Positions 53,669 to 64,000 of a stretch of 64,000 nt of DNA are shown here, piece after piece; within the stretch, counting starts at the first letter, position 1, and each line of letters starts with the position of its first letter. Made by a program: the position numbers and the translations under genes. Below the pieces are notes generated by a model. That model was not told the origin of the DNA. It ran no database searches and was given only the letters and a program-made list of their open reading frames with translations. Source of the DNA: Octopus sinensis (taxonomy: Eukaryota). The DNA is taken from contig NC_043005.1 in NCBI RefSeq assembly GCF_006345805.1, positions 65,968,001 to 66,032,000 of the forward strand, given 5' to 3'.

Positions 53669-53899
53669 TCATAGACGACATCTTTAATTAAACTATTGAC
53701 CGCCTTAAAACGGATTTCAACAGACAAATATTACTATAATGGATAATATAAGCATATAACTACTTATACACACATACAATAAATACAGACACACACACAT
53801 TAGTCAGGCATATAGCCACATATACACACACTGCAAGAATATATTTATTTATAAAGTTTAAACAGAACATGGAATGAAATGTATTTATTTATAAACTTT

Positions 53900-55000
53900 A
53901 AACTGAACTTCAATTGTTTTATAAACCTAACAGCGTGGTGGTACGTAAATAAACGGCGTAAATTAACGAAGGTATAAACCTGACGTAAATACACGAAATT
54001 GACGACTTTCACTTCTCTGACAGCTAAAAGCATGTCAGTGCCCGCTCCTCACCCGTTCCCCCAGTATTGCTACATTTGACAGTACATTTTTGACAATGTC
54101 TCTAGACTTGTAAGGAGAAAAGAGTTTTCAAAATTGAGTAGATTAATATCAAAAGGTAACAAATGATACAATTACTACTCCACAGAGGCATGGATAGTTT
54201 CATTTAAACAGCAACCACATCATACAATACTTCAGACATGAAAACACATACAAATACAAGACTTTTCAACATATACAATCTTTCGGAGCTGGTCTCAGAA
54301 AAGTAAAACTATTTGTTCGGCAAGTTCCGTAAAACATTTTTATTTCTTTCGTTTCTTTTTCAGCTTAGGCACAGACCTCTACAACCACCTAGCCATACAT
54401 ACACAAAAATACGTAAAACAGGCGATTCGTGAAAGCATAAAGCATGTATATTTATGTATGTGTATCTATATGTATGTTTCACTGCTCAAGTCGCCCGTGC
54501 AAATGAAAGACTATGTGTGTATTGCGCGACCGTGTTTTTCACTGTTCAGCTGCAAAAACTAAACATTAAAGAAATAAAAAATTTATACAGAAATAGCCAA
54601 ACAATAGTTTTATCTGTCTGAGACCATCTCCAAAGAATTACCTATCCTCCGCCATTAGAGTCTTTAAAGATAAGCGCTTTATGGATGCGAAACCATTGGT
54701 CACTCTGTGACCGGACATATATTTAACTGCATGTAAAATGTCCTTTTTTTAGGTTTAAGACACTTACGTGAGGCCCTTTTATCGGGTTTAAAATATAGAA
54801 TCTCTCTGAATCAAGGCACTGTTTGAACACAAGAATAGATTGCAGTTTCCTGAAGAATACAACAATTTGGTCGTGTGTTGACAGTTACAACTTCCCCAGA
54901 AAAGTCTGCGCATGTAGGCGGTGTAGCACTGTGAATTTCCCCCATTTTCTAAAAATTCCGGTATGTTGATAGCAGTAAAGTGGTTGGTACTGCTGGCAAA
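53900..55000 (-). promoter_or_regulatory. Candidate promoter and first-exon region of the zinc-finger gene
   Basis: Visibly more CpG than the flanks. Partial NRF1-like TGCGCATG near 54906 and YY1-like CCGCCAT at 54649-54655. Minus-strand donors CAC|GTAAGT (54767), TAG|GTAATT (54641) and CGG|GTGAGG (54052). Confidence 0.4.
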
Positions 55001-55496
55001 TCGAATAGCTTCATTTCTGATTTTAGCACCCAAATAGTTATACCAAATAGAAAGTGTAATAGCTGGGTTGGCCATAAACAAAAATAAATAAATAAAAAGA
55101 AAGAAAGTAAGTAAATAAACTATGGTGAATGTCAGCGATAGGTAGCACACACACAAGTTGGAATTTCTCCATTTTACGGGAATTTTTCAGATTTTTTTCC
55201 CACAGTGCTCTTGGAAATGATGAGGAGCATGTTTTCATAAAAAAATTTTTTTTTTTGAAAAATGATGTTTTTTTTCACCAAGAAACAAGGAAGGTAACTT
55301 TTTCCATTATACTCACGCACCCATGTTAAGAAATTCATAAAAATGGGGTTAAAAAGATCCCTTTTTTTTTTTAAACGGAAAGGTTTCTCCCATCGTTTTT
55401 AAGTGCATAAAAGGTGGGTGAAAAGAAAACATCATTTTTCAAAAATTCTTGTGTGCTAAAAAGATGCTAAGTGTAATATTTATTCATATTTTCTCT

Positions 55497-55845
55497 TTTT
55501 CTCTTTTACTTGTTTCAGTCATTTGACTGCGGCCATGCTGGAGCACCGCCTTTAGTCGAGCAAATCGACCCCGGGACTTATTCTTTCTAAGCCCAGTACT
55601 TATTCTATCGATCTCTTTTGCCGAACCGCTAAGTGACGGTCAAGCAATGCTGGGAGGACAAACACAGACTTATATATATACATATATACGACAGGCTTCT
55701 TTCAGTTTCCGTCTACCAAATCCACTCACAAGGCATTGGTCGGCCCGGGGCTATAGCAGAAGACACTTGCCCAAGATGCCACGCAGTAGGACTGAACCCG
55801 GAACCATGTGGTTGGTTAGCAAGCTACTTACCACACAGCCACTCT
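55497..55845 (-). mobile_element. SINE family A
   Basis: Reverse complement of the family. Confidence 0.85.
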
Positions 55846-55884
55846 GTGTAGTTTTTTTTTGTTCTAGAACAATATAAACTCATC

Positions 55885-56725
55885 ACCATCATCGTCGTCG
55901 TTTAACGTCCGCTTTCCATGCTGGCATGGGTTGGACGGTTTAAATGAGGAATGGCAAGCCAATTAGCTGCACCAGGCTCCAATCTGATCTGGCAGAGTTT
56001 CTGAAGCTGGATGCCCCTCCTAATGTCAACCATTCCAAGAGTGTAGTGGATGCTTTTTATGTGTCACCGGCCCGGGAGCCAGTCAGGGGGAACTGACACC
56101 GACCATGTTCGGATGGTGCCTTTTTTGTGCCACCGTCACGGGAGCCAGTCAGGGGGCGCTAGCATCGACCACGTTCGATGGTTCTTTTTACGTGTCGCTG
56201 GCACATGGAGCCAGTCAGACAGCACTAGCATTGACCCATGCTCAAATGGTACAACCCACAATGCTAAAAACTGCAAAAAAAAATTTGATGAAATAAATGG
56301 ATAAATAAAATAAAAAGGCATGCTCTTAATTGTATGTTGCACCTGGGGATACTGACATTCTCCTCAAAAATTTCTGAGGTAACCAAAAACACTATGACAT
56401 TATGAAGAATGGTGACAAACTTGTGGCACTGAAACAGCCAAGCACACTCAAGAGCATCATCTGTAAAGTAGATGATGAAATTTTTTTATTCTTTGAATTA
56501 GATTTATGCTATTTATAAACACTCCATGAAAATTAAGATTTGAATTTAATAATTACATATATAACATGTAGGTATACAATACATACACAATCATCATCAT
56601 CATCATTTAATGTCCGTTTACCATGCTAGCATGGGTTGGACAATTTGACTGGGGTCTGGCAAACCAGACTCCAATCTGATCTGGCAGAGTTTCTACAGCT
56701 GGATGCCTTTCCTAACGCCATCATG
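55885..56725 (-). mobile_element. Two RTE 3'-end repeats (family B; about 55885-56240 and 56590-56725)
   Basis: (CAT)n tails and family body. Confidence 0.75.
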
Positions 56726-56869
56726 CTCTTCCTATAAACTACATTAAAATACAAATCCAAAACTGAAGAAAACACAAACATGAGTGAAGAGAAAAAGAAG
56801 AAAGAAGAAAAAAACATGAATTCAACAGTAAGTGCATCAATTGATTGCACAACACAAGGTTCAATGGAA

Positions 56870-57530
56870 CCTGATGAAGCAAGCCAATGCACTTGCAGCG
56901 TTGCTGTGGGTGATGGTGAGGTTAAGGTGCTGGAACACCCTCACAGACACCACCTGACACCTTGGTGATGCCTGCTGCTAACGATGACAAGGACTCCATT
57001 GTTAGTGGCCCAGCCCCTTCAAATGCCACAGGCTGGAAGAAATGATTCACCGACAAGTCCCAGTACTCAAAGATTTTGTTCCATTCTGCTATGGAGGCAG
57101 TAACCCTCCCATTTACCACAGTATCTAGGTTGTTGGAGGGACCAAAGGAGTCACAGACTGTGGAATCCAAGATGAGGCACTGCCTCTTACCCAGGGACGA
57201 AGAGTAAGACCAACTGGTCTCTTTCCATCACTTCTGGATAACCCCACTGGCTCCAAAACTGAGATGATATTAACCTGAGCCAGGGCCCACACAATGACTA
57301 GATTTAGCTCGGTGTGATGAGTGAAATGACCACCATTTAGGTGGTAAGAAGACAAACTATGAAGGCCTGTGGAGTTGAAGGGCCTACCACAGCGACATCT
57401 CAGTCCCCCACAGACGTCGGCTCCTACTCTGAGTGCAATGGAGATGCAGAGCTCATCCAGACTGAGCAGACTACCAATATTGGCCACAGGCAGGGCATCA
57501 ATCCAGTCACCCGAGAACTTCACATTTGCA
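56870..57530 (-). mobile_element. CRE-like non-LTR retrotransposon relic (zinc knuckle plus RLE)
   Basis: RCRCGRPFNSTGLHSLS...HHTELN...EPVGLSRSDGKRPVGLTLRPW then (frameshift) DSTVCDSFGPS. Confidence 0.75.
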
Positions 57531-57849
57531 GAATATAGTGTTATTTTCTCAAAAGTAACCCATTACAGAAACTTACTGTTCTGGTTATTTTCTTATATGA
57601 TACTATTGGCTTTATTCTGTTTAATATTCTATTTAGATTAATTGAGTTGCAAGAATGGTAACGCAATAGGTTAACTGGTTTACATAATTACATAATTATG
57701 TACTTCAGAGCCAAGTTTGCCTTTCAAAACTTACAAAGTTCAGTAAAAGGACCGCAGGGGATGTAAAGTGAAACTGTATACCCCTCTTGGTAAAAAGTGG
57801 TAGGAACCCACCATTATAAATAGACCAGTGGTTAGAGAAAGGAGAAACA

Positions 57850-58410
57850 CTGGCACCTTAGGCTAAAGAAGGTCTTCACCCATGTAAAGTGTTGTTATCT
57901 GTTTTGTGGAATATGAAAGGTTTGGTCCACTTTGAACTTTTAAACCCAAACCAAACAATAACAAGGGAAATCTACTGACAGTAGCTTGAGTGGCTTAAGT
58001 GAGCACTAGAAGAAAAACGACCATCTTTGGTTTCAAGACAAAGGGTGTTCTTCCATCAGGATGATGCTCAGCCACATACAGTGAGGATGACATTCCAAAG
58101 GCTGCAGCAGCTTGAATGGGAAACGATGCTCCAGCCACCATATTTGCCAGACATTACCCCATCTGATTATCACTTATTTCACAGTCTTCAAAATCATTTG
58201 GGTGGAAAAAATATGGATTCTGTAGACAAGGTCAGATCAATATTGGAGGAGTATTTTTCGCCATGGACAAGTGAATTTTGGAAGAGGGGCCTTGCAAGTT
58301 TACCAGATATATGGAAGACCATTGTAGAAAATGAAGGAGAGTATATTTTAGATTAAAAAAGAACTTTATCTTAATTTTGAAAAATAAAAGAAGTATAAAA
58401 AACCCAATGT
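57850..58410 (+). mobile_element. Mariner transposase 3' relic
   Basis: FHQDDAQPHT...QPPYLPDITPSDYHLFHSLQNHL...WKTIVENEGEYILD. Confidence 0.9.
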
Positions 58411-58432
58411 GTATATTTATATATATATATAT

Positions 58433-58605
58433 CATCATCATCATTGTTTAACGTCCGCTTTCCATGCTAGCATGGGTTGGATGATTTTGATTGAGGGCTG
58501 GCAAACCAGATGGTTGCACCAGGCTCCAGTCTTGATTTGGCAGAGTTTCTACAGCTGGATGCCCTTCCTAACGCCAACCATGCCGAGAGTGTAGTGGGTG
58601 CTTTT
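58433..58605 (-). mobile_element. Short RTE 3'-end repeat (family B)
   Basis: (CAT)n tail and family body. Confidence 0.8.
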
Positions 58606-58620
58606 ATATGTATATATATA

Positions 58621-58694
58621 ATAATTTAATAAATAAAATATATGCATACATACATACATATATGTACGTACCTACATCAACATGTATATATACA

Positions 58695-58728
<34 letters not shown>

Positions 58729-59890
58729 TACAGGACACCACAAATAGACGTAGAACTCAACGAGAAACGAAAACATAAAAACATGGAAACGGACTTTTTT
58801 TAACAACGAAAAAACAGAGCACAAGACAAACAACACAAGGAACATTCCCCTTCATCAGCTGTCCCCAGTTTGACTCCAAGCGTGTTTCGAAGGTAAGGAC
58901 AGAACACGACTCATCGGACCGGTCCTTCCTGCAAAGGAATTAAATAAAATTCCTTTGCAGAGGGGTAAAAACAAGGAAAGAAAAAAAATGTGACAAGAAC
59001 AGGACGTAAAAGCAATACACATAAAAATACAGTACATGTATGCATATATTTTATTTATTAAATTATTGTATGACTGAGCGCCCTCGCGTCGTTTCTTTTC
59101 CAAGTAAGTTTTTATATATAATTATGACGTGAAACTCTGTAACCCTTTGCTTGACCTGTCCTTCCTTCCTGTCTGTCTTCCTCTTTGCCTGTCTCTCTCC
59201 TTCTTATTTTTCACCCTTTCTGGTTTCCTTTCCTCTCTACCTCTCTCTCTCTCACTGCCGAGTCGACCACTTCCTTTCACTCCAGTCTTCTACAAGTCAA
59301 CACAAATTTTTTCCTTGCGCTCTGAATTTTTCCATCGTCTAGGCTTAAAAAAAGGCCCTCAATGTTGGTTTCTTTGTCCTGTTTTTATTCTTTATGTGTA
59401 CTGTATTTTTTTTGTATTTGTATTTTTATTTTGTATTTGTATTTTTATTTGTATTGCTTTTACGTCCTGTTCTTGTCACATTTTTTTCTTTCCTTGTTTT
59501 TACCCCTCTGCAAAGGAATTTTATTTAATTCCTTTGCAGGAAGGACCGGTCCGATGAGTCGTGTTCTGTCCTTACCTTCGAAACACGCTTGGAGTCGAAC
59601 CGGGGACAGCTGATGAAGGGGAATGTTCCTTGTGTTGTTTGTCTTGTGCTCTGTTTTTTCGTTGTTAAAATAAGTCCGTTTCCATGTTTTTATGTTTTCG
59701 TTTCTCGTTGAGTTCTACGTCTATTTGTGGTGTCCTGTACTCATATATATATATATGCATGTATATATACATGTAGATGTAGGTACGTACATATATGTAT
59801 GTATGTATGCATATATTTTATTTATTAAATTATTGTATGACTGAGCGCCCTCGCGTCGTTTCTTTTCTCCAAGTAAGTTTTTTATATATA
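58621..59890. mobile_element. Young inverted-plus-tandem repeat element (A' B C A B), PLE-like architecture
   Basis: About 58621-59025 is the reverse complement of about 59455-59833. About 59037-59120 is a direct repeat of about 59803-59890. Arms are nearly identical. Confidence 0.8.
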
Positions 59891-59893
59891 TAT

Positions 59894-59895
<2 letters not shown>

Positions 59896-59951
<56 letters not shown>
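59896..59951. repeat. (GA)n microsatellite
   Basis: Direct reading. Confidence 0.95.
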
Positions 59952-59954
<3 letters not shown>

Positions 59955-60576
59955 ACAGATGAGATTCAGAGATGCTCAATATAGAAAACATGTACTAGTG
60001 CTCAAATAATTTGAGCTTACACTCCAAGATCTTTACTGAGGACTAAGTCTACAGGGTAAAGAGTGGCTATAAGAGGAATCCAGGTGAGTAGGTATGGAGA
60101 TAATGGTGCAAATAAACATGTAAATATATATAGGGAGGTATATAGAGAGAAATAAAAACCAAAAATATTCAGAAGATGAATATTCATGTATAAGCATATA
60201 GATATTTATATATTTACAAAACAGATTTACATGGAGTACAAAAAATACAGAAAACCAAGGGGAGAAGTATTTCAGGCCCAGCAGATGTTTCTGAGGACTT
60301 AGAATTAGGTAATAGTAATAATGTTGGTAGAATAAAAGAATAAAAGATGGAATGTGCAAAAAGTCAAGTATGTGCAACATGTAGTGGATGCATATGAATA
60401 TTACCATAAATCCGGCCTCTGTCTTCAGGGTGGAGAGATTGGCATAATTTCAGGTTGTATCTGAAATGTTAGATGTCAACCTAGAATCTTCTTCTTTCAG
60501 CTCCCACACACCAAGATGCCACCGGCTTCTTGCCCGGCCTCATGATCCAAGAAATTCTCATTTCTAACATATCTAG

Positions 60577-60918
60577 TGTTCATTATTTACATTATTTACA
60601 TTTGATGGATATTTGTCCTCATCTTGTTTGTTGTTGACACAACATTTCGGTTGGATATACCCTCCAGCCTTCTTCAGGTGTCCTGGGGAAATTTCGAACC
60701 TGGGTTCTCATTCCTAAAGCATTTTTCGATGTTATTATTATTGTTCAGGTCATTGCTTGGAATCGAACTCGGAATTTTGGGGTTAGTAGCCCACGCTCTT
60801 AACCACTACGCCATATGCCTACCGCCGAAACATTGTGTTAACAACAGACAAGATGAGGACAAATATCCGTCGAATGTAAATAATGTACATAATTCCTCAT
60901 CTCTTAAATATAGAACTA
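60577..60918 (-). mobile_element. tRNA-headed SINE with hammerhead-like PLE-type tail and inverted 5' junction
   Basis: On -: A box TGGCGTAGTGG and B box GAGTTCGATTCC (head about 60819-60757), then the hammerhead-like motif (60682-60636) and tail to about 60577. An inverted tail copy lies at about 60825-60918. Confidence 0.75.
60636..60682 (-). ncRNA. Minimal type I hammerhead-like motif
   Basis: GACAC-CTGAAGA-A-GGCTGGA-gggtata-TCCAACC-GAAA-TGTT-GTGTC. Stem I is a perfect 5 bp and stem II is 6 of 7. Stem III is inferred as ACGT from this copy (ATGT) and the inverted copy (ACAT). Confidence 0.6.
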
Positions 60919-61039
60919 TATCTGGTGTTGTTGAATTGCTAATTTAACCTCTAACAACATCATACGACCTATCTCAACCAATAGCAGCCCATTTTCCAGT
61001 AGCCATCTTGGCCTTCCTGTGCTTCTTCTTTTCATAGTC

Positions 61040-61620
61040 TAAGTCTGAATGAGACAGGTTCTGTTAGAAACCTGTGAAACTTTAAGTCACATGGAACTGA
61101 ATCAAACTGTTTTAAATAATACATGTCATCGAAATAAATATCAATGGAAATAGTAGTTGTGATACCTGTGCCGGTGGCACATAAAAAGCACCATCCGAAT
61201 GTGGCCGATGCCAGCGCCGCCTCGACTGGCTTCTGTGCCGGTGGAACATAAGAAGCACCATCCGAATGTGGCTGACGCCAGCTCCGCCTCGATTGGCTTT
61301 TGTGCCGGTGGCACATAAAAAGCACCATCCGAATGTGGCCGATGCCAGTGCCGCCTTGACTGGCTTCCGTGCCGGTGGCACGTTAAAAGCATCAACCGAT
61401 CGTGGCCGATGCCAGACTTCCCTGGCACCTGTGCCGGTGGCACGTAAAAAGCACCCACTACACTCGCGGAGCGGTTGGCGTTAGGAAAGGCATCCAGCTG
61501 TAGAAACACTGCCAGATCAGACTGGAGCCTGGTGCAGCTCCTGGCTTCCCAGACCCCGGTCGAACTGTCCAACCCGTGCTAGCGCGGAAAACGGACGTTA
61601 AACGATGATGACGATGATGT
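61040..61620 (+). mobile_element. RTE 3'-end repeat (family B) with five subunits of about 62-67 bp
   Basis: tgtgccggtggcac units near 61168, 61235, 61301, 61368 and 61430; (GAT)n tail. Confidence 0.85.
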
Positions 61621-61824
61621 AACTCCCACTAAATGTGTTGAGTGCTTTTTTTTTTTCAGTTGTTCACTCACTCTGATATATAAGCATTGCTCTGTGGTAA
61701 GAAGCTTGCTTCTCAATCTTATGGTTCCAGGTTCAGTCCCACTGCATGGCACTGTTTTGATCCATACATGTAACTTCCTACAATTAATGTGTTGAGTGTG
61801 CTTCCTTTGTCTATTCACTCACTC

Positions 61825-61857
<33 letters not shown>

Positions 61858-61946
61858 TAGATAGATAGATAGATATAGATATAAAACCCATGCCAGCATG
61901 GAAAGTAGACTTTAACGATGATGATAATGATGAGGATATATATATA

Positions 61947-62312
61947 TTCTTTTACTTGTTTCAGTCATTTGACTGCGTCCATGCTGGAGCACCGCATTTT
62001 AGTGGAACAAATCGACCCCAAGACTTATTCTTTGTAAGCCTAGTACTTATTGTATCATTCCCTTTTGCCAAACTGCTAAGTTACGGAGATGTAAACACCA
62101 ACATCGGTTATCAAGCGATGGTGGAGGGACAAACACAAACACACACACACATATATATACAACAGGCTTCTTTCAGTTTCCATCTACCAAGTTCACTCAC
62201 AAGGCTTTGGTCAGCCTGAGGCTATAGTAGAAGACACTTTCCCAAGGTGCCACGCAGTGGGACTGAACTTGAAACCATGTAGTCGGGAAGCAAGCTTCCC
62301 ACGACACAGCCA
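61947..62312 (-). mobile_element. SINE family A
   Basis: Reverse complement of the family. Confidence 0.85.
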
Positions 62313-62629
62313 CACACATATATATGATATATATATTTTTACTTTCCATTGGACTGCAGCCATACTGGAGAACCACTTTGAAGGATTTTAGTTGAACAAA
62401 TTGACATCATTGCATATTTTAAAGTATGGTATTTATTGTCTCAGTTTCTTTTGCCAAAGTGCTAAGTTATATGGATATCATGCACCAATACACTCTCACT
62501 TACAAAAGAAGTAATATTAAAGGTGACATTATAGTCTATCACCAAACATACATCTCTCTACACGAAACGTTCTTGTGTAGCCCCTGATTGTACAGACACA
62601 ATCACCACCCTGCTCTCTGTTACCATCAC

Positions 62630-63015
62630 ATATTTGTTGGCACGTAAAAAGTACCATCCGATCGTGGCCAATGCCAGTGCCCCCTTGACTGGCTTTTGTG
62701 CCGGTGGCGCGTAAAAGGCACCATCTGAACGTGGCCGATGCCAGTGCCGCCTTGACTGGCTTCTGTGCCGGTGGCACATAAAAAGCAACAACCGATCGGG
62801 GCCGCTGCCAGACTCCCCTGGCACATGTGCCGGTGGCACATAAAAAAGCACCCACTACACTCACAGAGTGGTTGGCGTTAGGAAGGGCATCAAGCTGTAG
62901 AAACACTGCCAAATCAGACTGGAGCCTGGTGCAGTCTCCTGGCTTCCCAGACCCCGGTCGAACCGTCCAACCCGTGCTAGCACGGAAAACGGACGTTAAA
63001 CGATGATGATGATGT
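62630..63015 (+). mobile_element. RTE 3'-end repeat (family B)
   Basis: Tandem subunits and (GAT)n tail. Confidence 0.85.
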
Positions 63016-63187
63016 ACCATATGTTCTTGATTGTTTTTTAAGACATTAGGGTGTGATTTAAGAGATTTAGCTGCTATTTCCTTAGTTTGTTTATGCTTAA
63101 TATTGTTGTTTAGGTCAATCGTAATCAGGTAAGCATGATAAAAGGTGTTACCATTGTGTGTTTTTGTGCATTGGGCATTCCTTAGAT

Positions 63188-63647
63188 ACTAGCAGCAAAC
63201 GTGTCAAAATCACATATGATCTTATTCGTTAATTTCCGTAAAATTTTTTAATTTCTTTACTCTTCGAGAAAGTGAAAGATATATTTACATGTATATGAAA
63301 TGGTCATGAGTGTATGTATGTGTGTGTGTGTGCGTGAGAGAGAGAGAGAGAGTGAGTGAATGAAGGTGTGTGTTGCCATGTATGTATTTTTTTGCATGTA
63401 TGTGTAAGTGGCACTCACTCGCTGTCTCTTTCTCTCTCTGAGACATACATTGTGTGTGTGAGTGCCACTTACACATACAAGTAAAAAATACATATATGGC
63501 AACACACTTTCAATCACTTCCTCTCTCTCTCTCTCTCGAGCACACACACACACATACTTACACACACTCACGTCTACAGGAATAAAAGTTTTTTTACGGA
63601 AATTAACGAACAAGATCATATGTGATCTTGATAAGTTTGTTGCTAGT
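63188..63647. repeat. About 56-bp inverted repeats around a microsatellite-rich spacer (MITE-like)
   Basis: 63188-63243 pairs with 63591-63647 at high identity. Confidence 0.75.
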
Positions 63648-63923
63648 AACGAAGGCCTCTGCATTGTCCAGTGAGTAATTTCTTGTTTAAAGACAGAGGC
63701 ACGTTTGTTGTTATGATAGAAACTTGATCGCTATTTCTAGCATACCGAACGACCACGCGGAGGTTGCCTTGTTTATTATTAACATCTGTGACTGATGACC
63801 TTACCTTGATCTAAAACAGTCTTCAACGATTGAGAGTTCCTGCATCAGTTGATGTATACAAAAGCATGTGCTTTACAAATGGAACCGTGAATTATGTGTA
63901 GCTGTCAATGACACAATTTTATA

Positions 63924-64000
63924 ATGTGTGACAGCAACGAACTTACTGATGATGAGAATGTAGACGAAGAACTGCAAACTCTGAAGGAAACCGTTTACGG
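63924..64000 (+). CDS. Possible N-terminus of another gene (MCDSNELTDDENVDEELQTLKETVYG...), open to window edge
   Basis: ATG at 63924 opens a non-repetitive, acidic, protein-like frame with no stop before the window end. Only 25 complete codons are visible. Confidence 0.35.
   Translation, partial: MCDSNELTDDENVDEELQTLKETVY

Noticed and set aside
55210-55300. C/D-box snoRNA suggested by ATGATGA at about 55216
   Set aside because: No suitably placed CTGA D box or terminal stem.
59545-59625. Canonical hammerhead in the 58.6-59.9 kb element
   Set aside because: Core-like motifs exist, but stems I and III could not be paired in a type I, II or III topology. Kept only as a structural curiosity.
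60757-60819. tRNA genes at SINE heads (also 1106, 39700, 46557, 47815)
   Set aside because: A and B boxes are present, but no complete cloverleaf or acceptor stem, and each continues into a SINE body.

Overview
This is AT-rich, microsatellite- and transposon-dense eukaryotic genomic DNA. Its style (KRAB-less tandem C2H2 gene with CDICGKSFS fingers, tRNA-derived SINEs, RTE and Penelope relics) suggests a coleoid cephalopod such as Octopus; that assignment is inference. Two host genes are supported. (1) The last two coding exons of a SYAP1/Sap47 orthologue on + (4919-5119 and 25005-25150), joined in phase across a 19,885-nt intron. The ORF track captures the first only within a read-through ORF and misses the second. 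(2) An 18-finger C2H2 zinc-finger gene on - (50666-52279). A third gene may start at 63924 (+). The rest is mostly decayed mobile DNA: mariner/Tc1 relics, RTE, R4-like and CRE-like LINE fragments, at least four Penelope-like (PLE) relics and four SINE/LINE-tail families. No prokaryotic system or CRISPR array is present. The most interesting unannotated layer is a set of minimal type I hammerhead-ribozyme-like motifs in several unrelated fold-back repeat families. One forms the 3' tail of a tRNA-headed SINE with a PLE-style inverted 5' junction (60577-60918). Another lies sense within the putative first intron of the zinc-finger gene. All folds were done by eye, activity is untested, and repeat boundaries are approximate.
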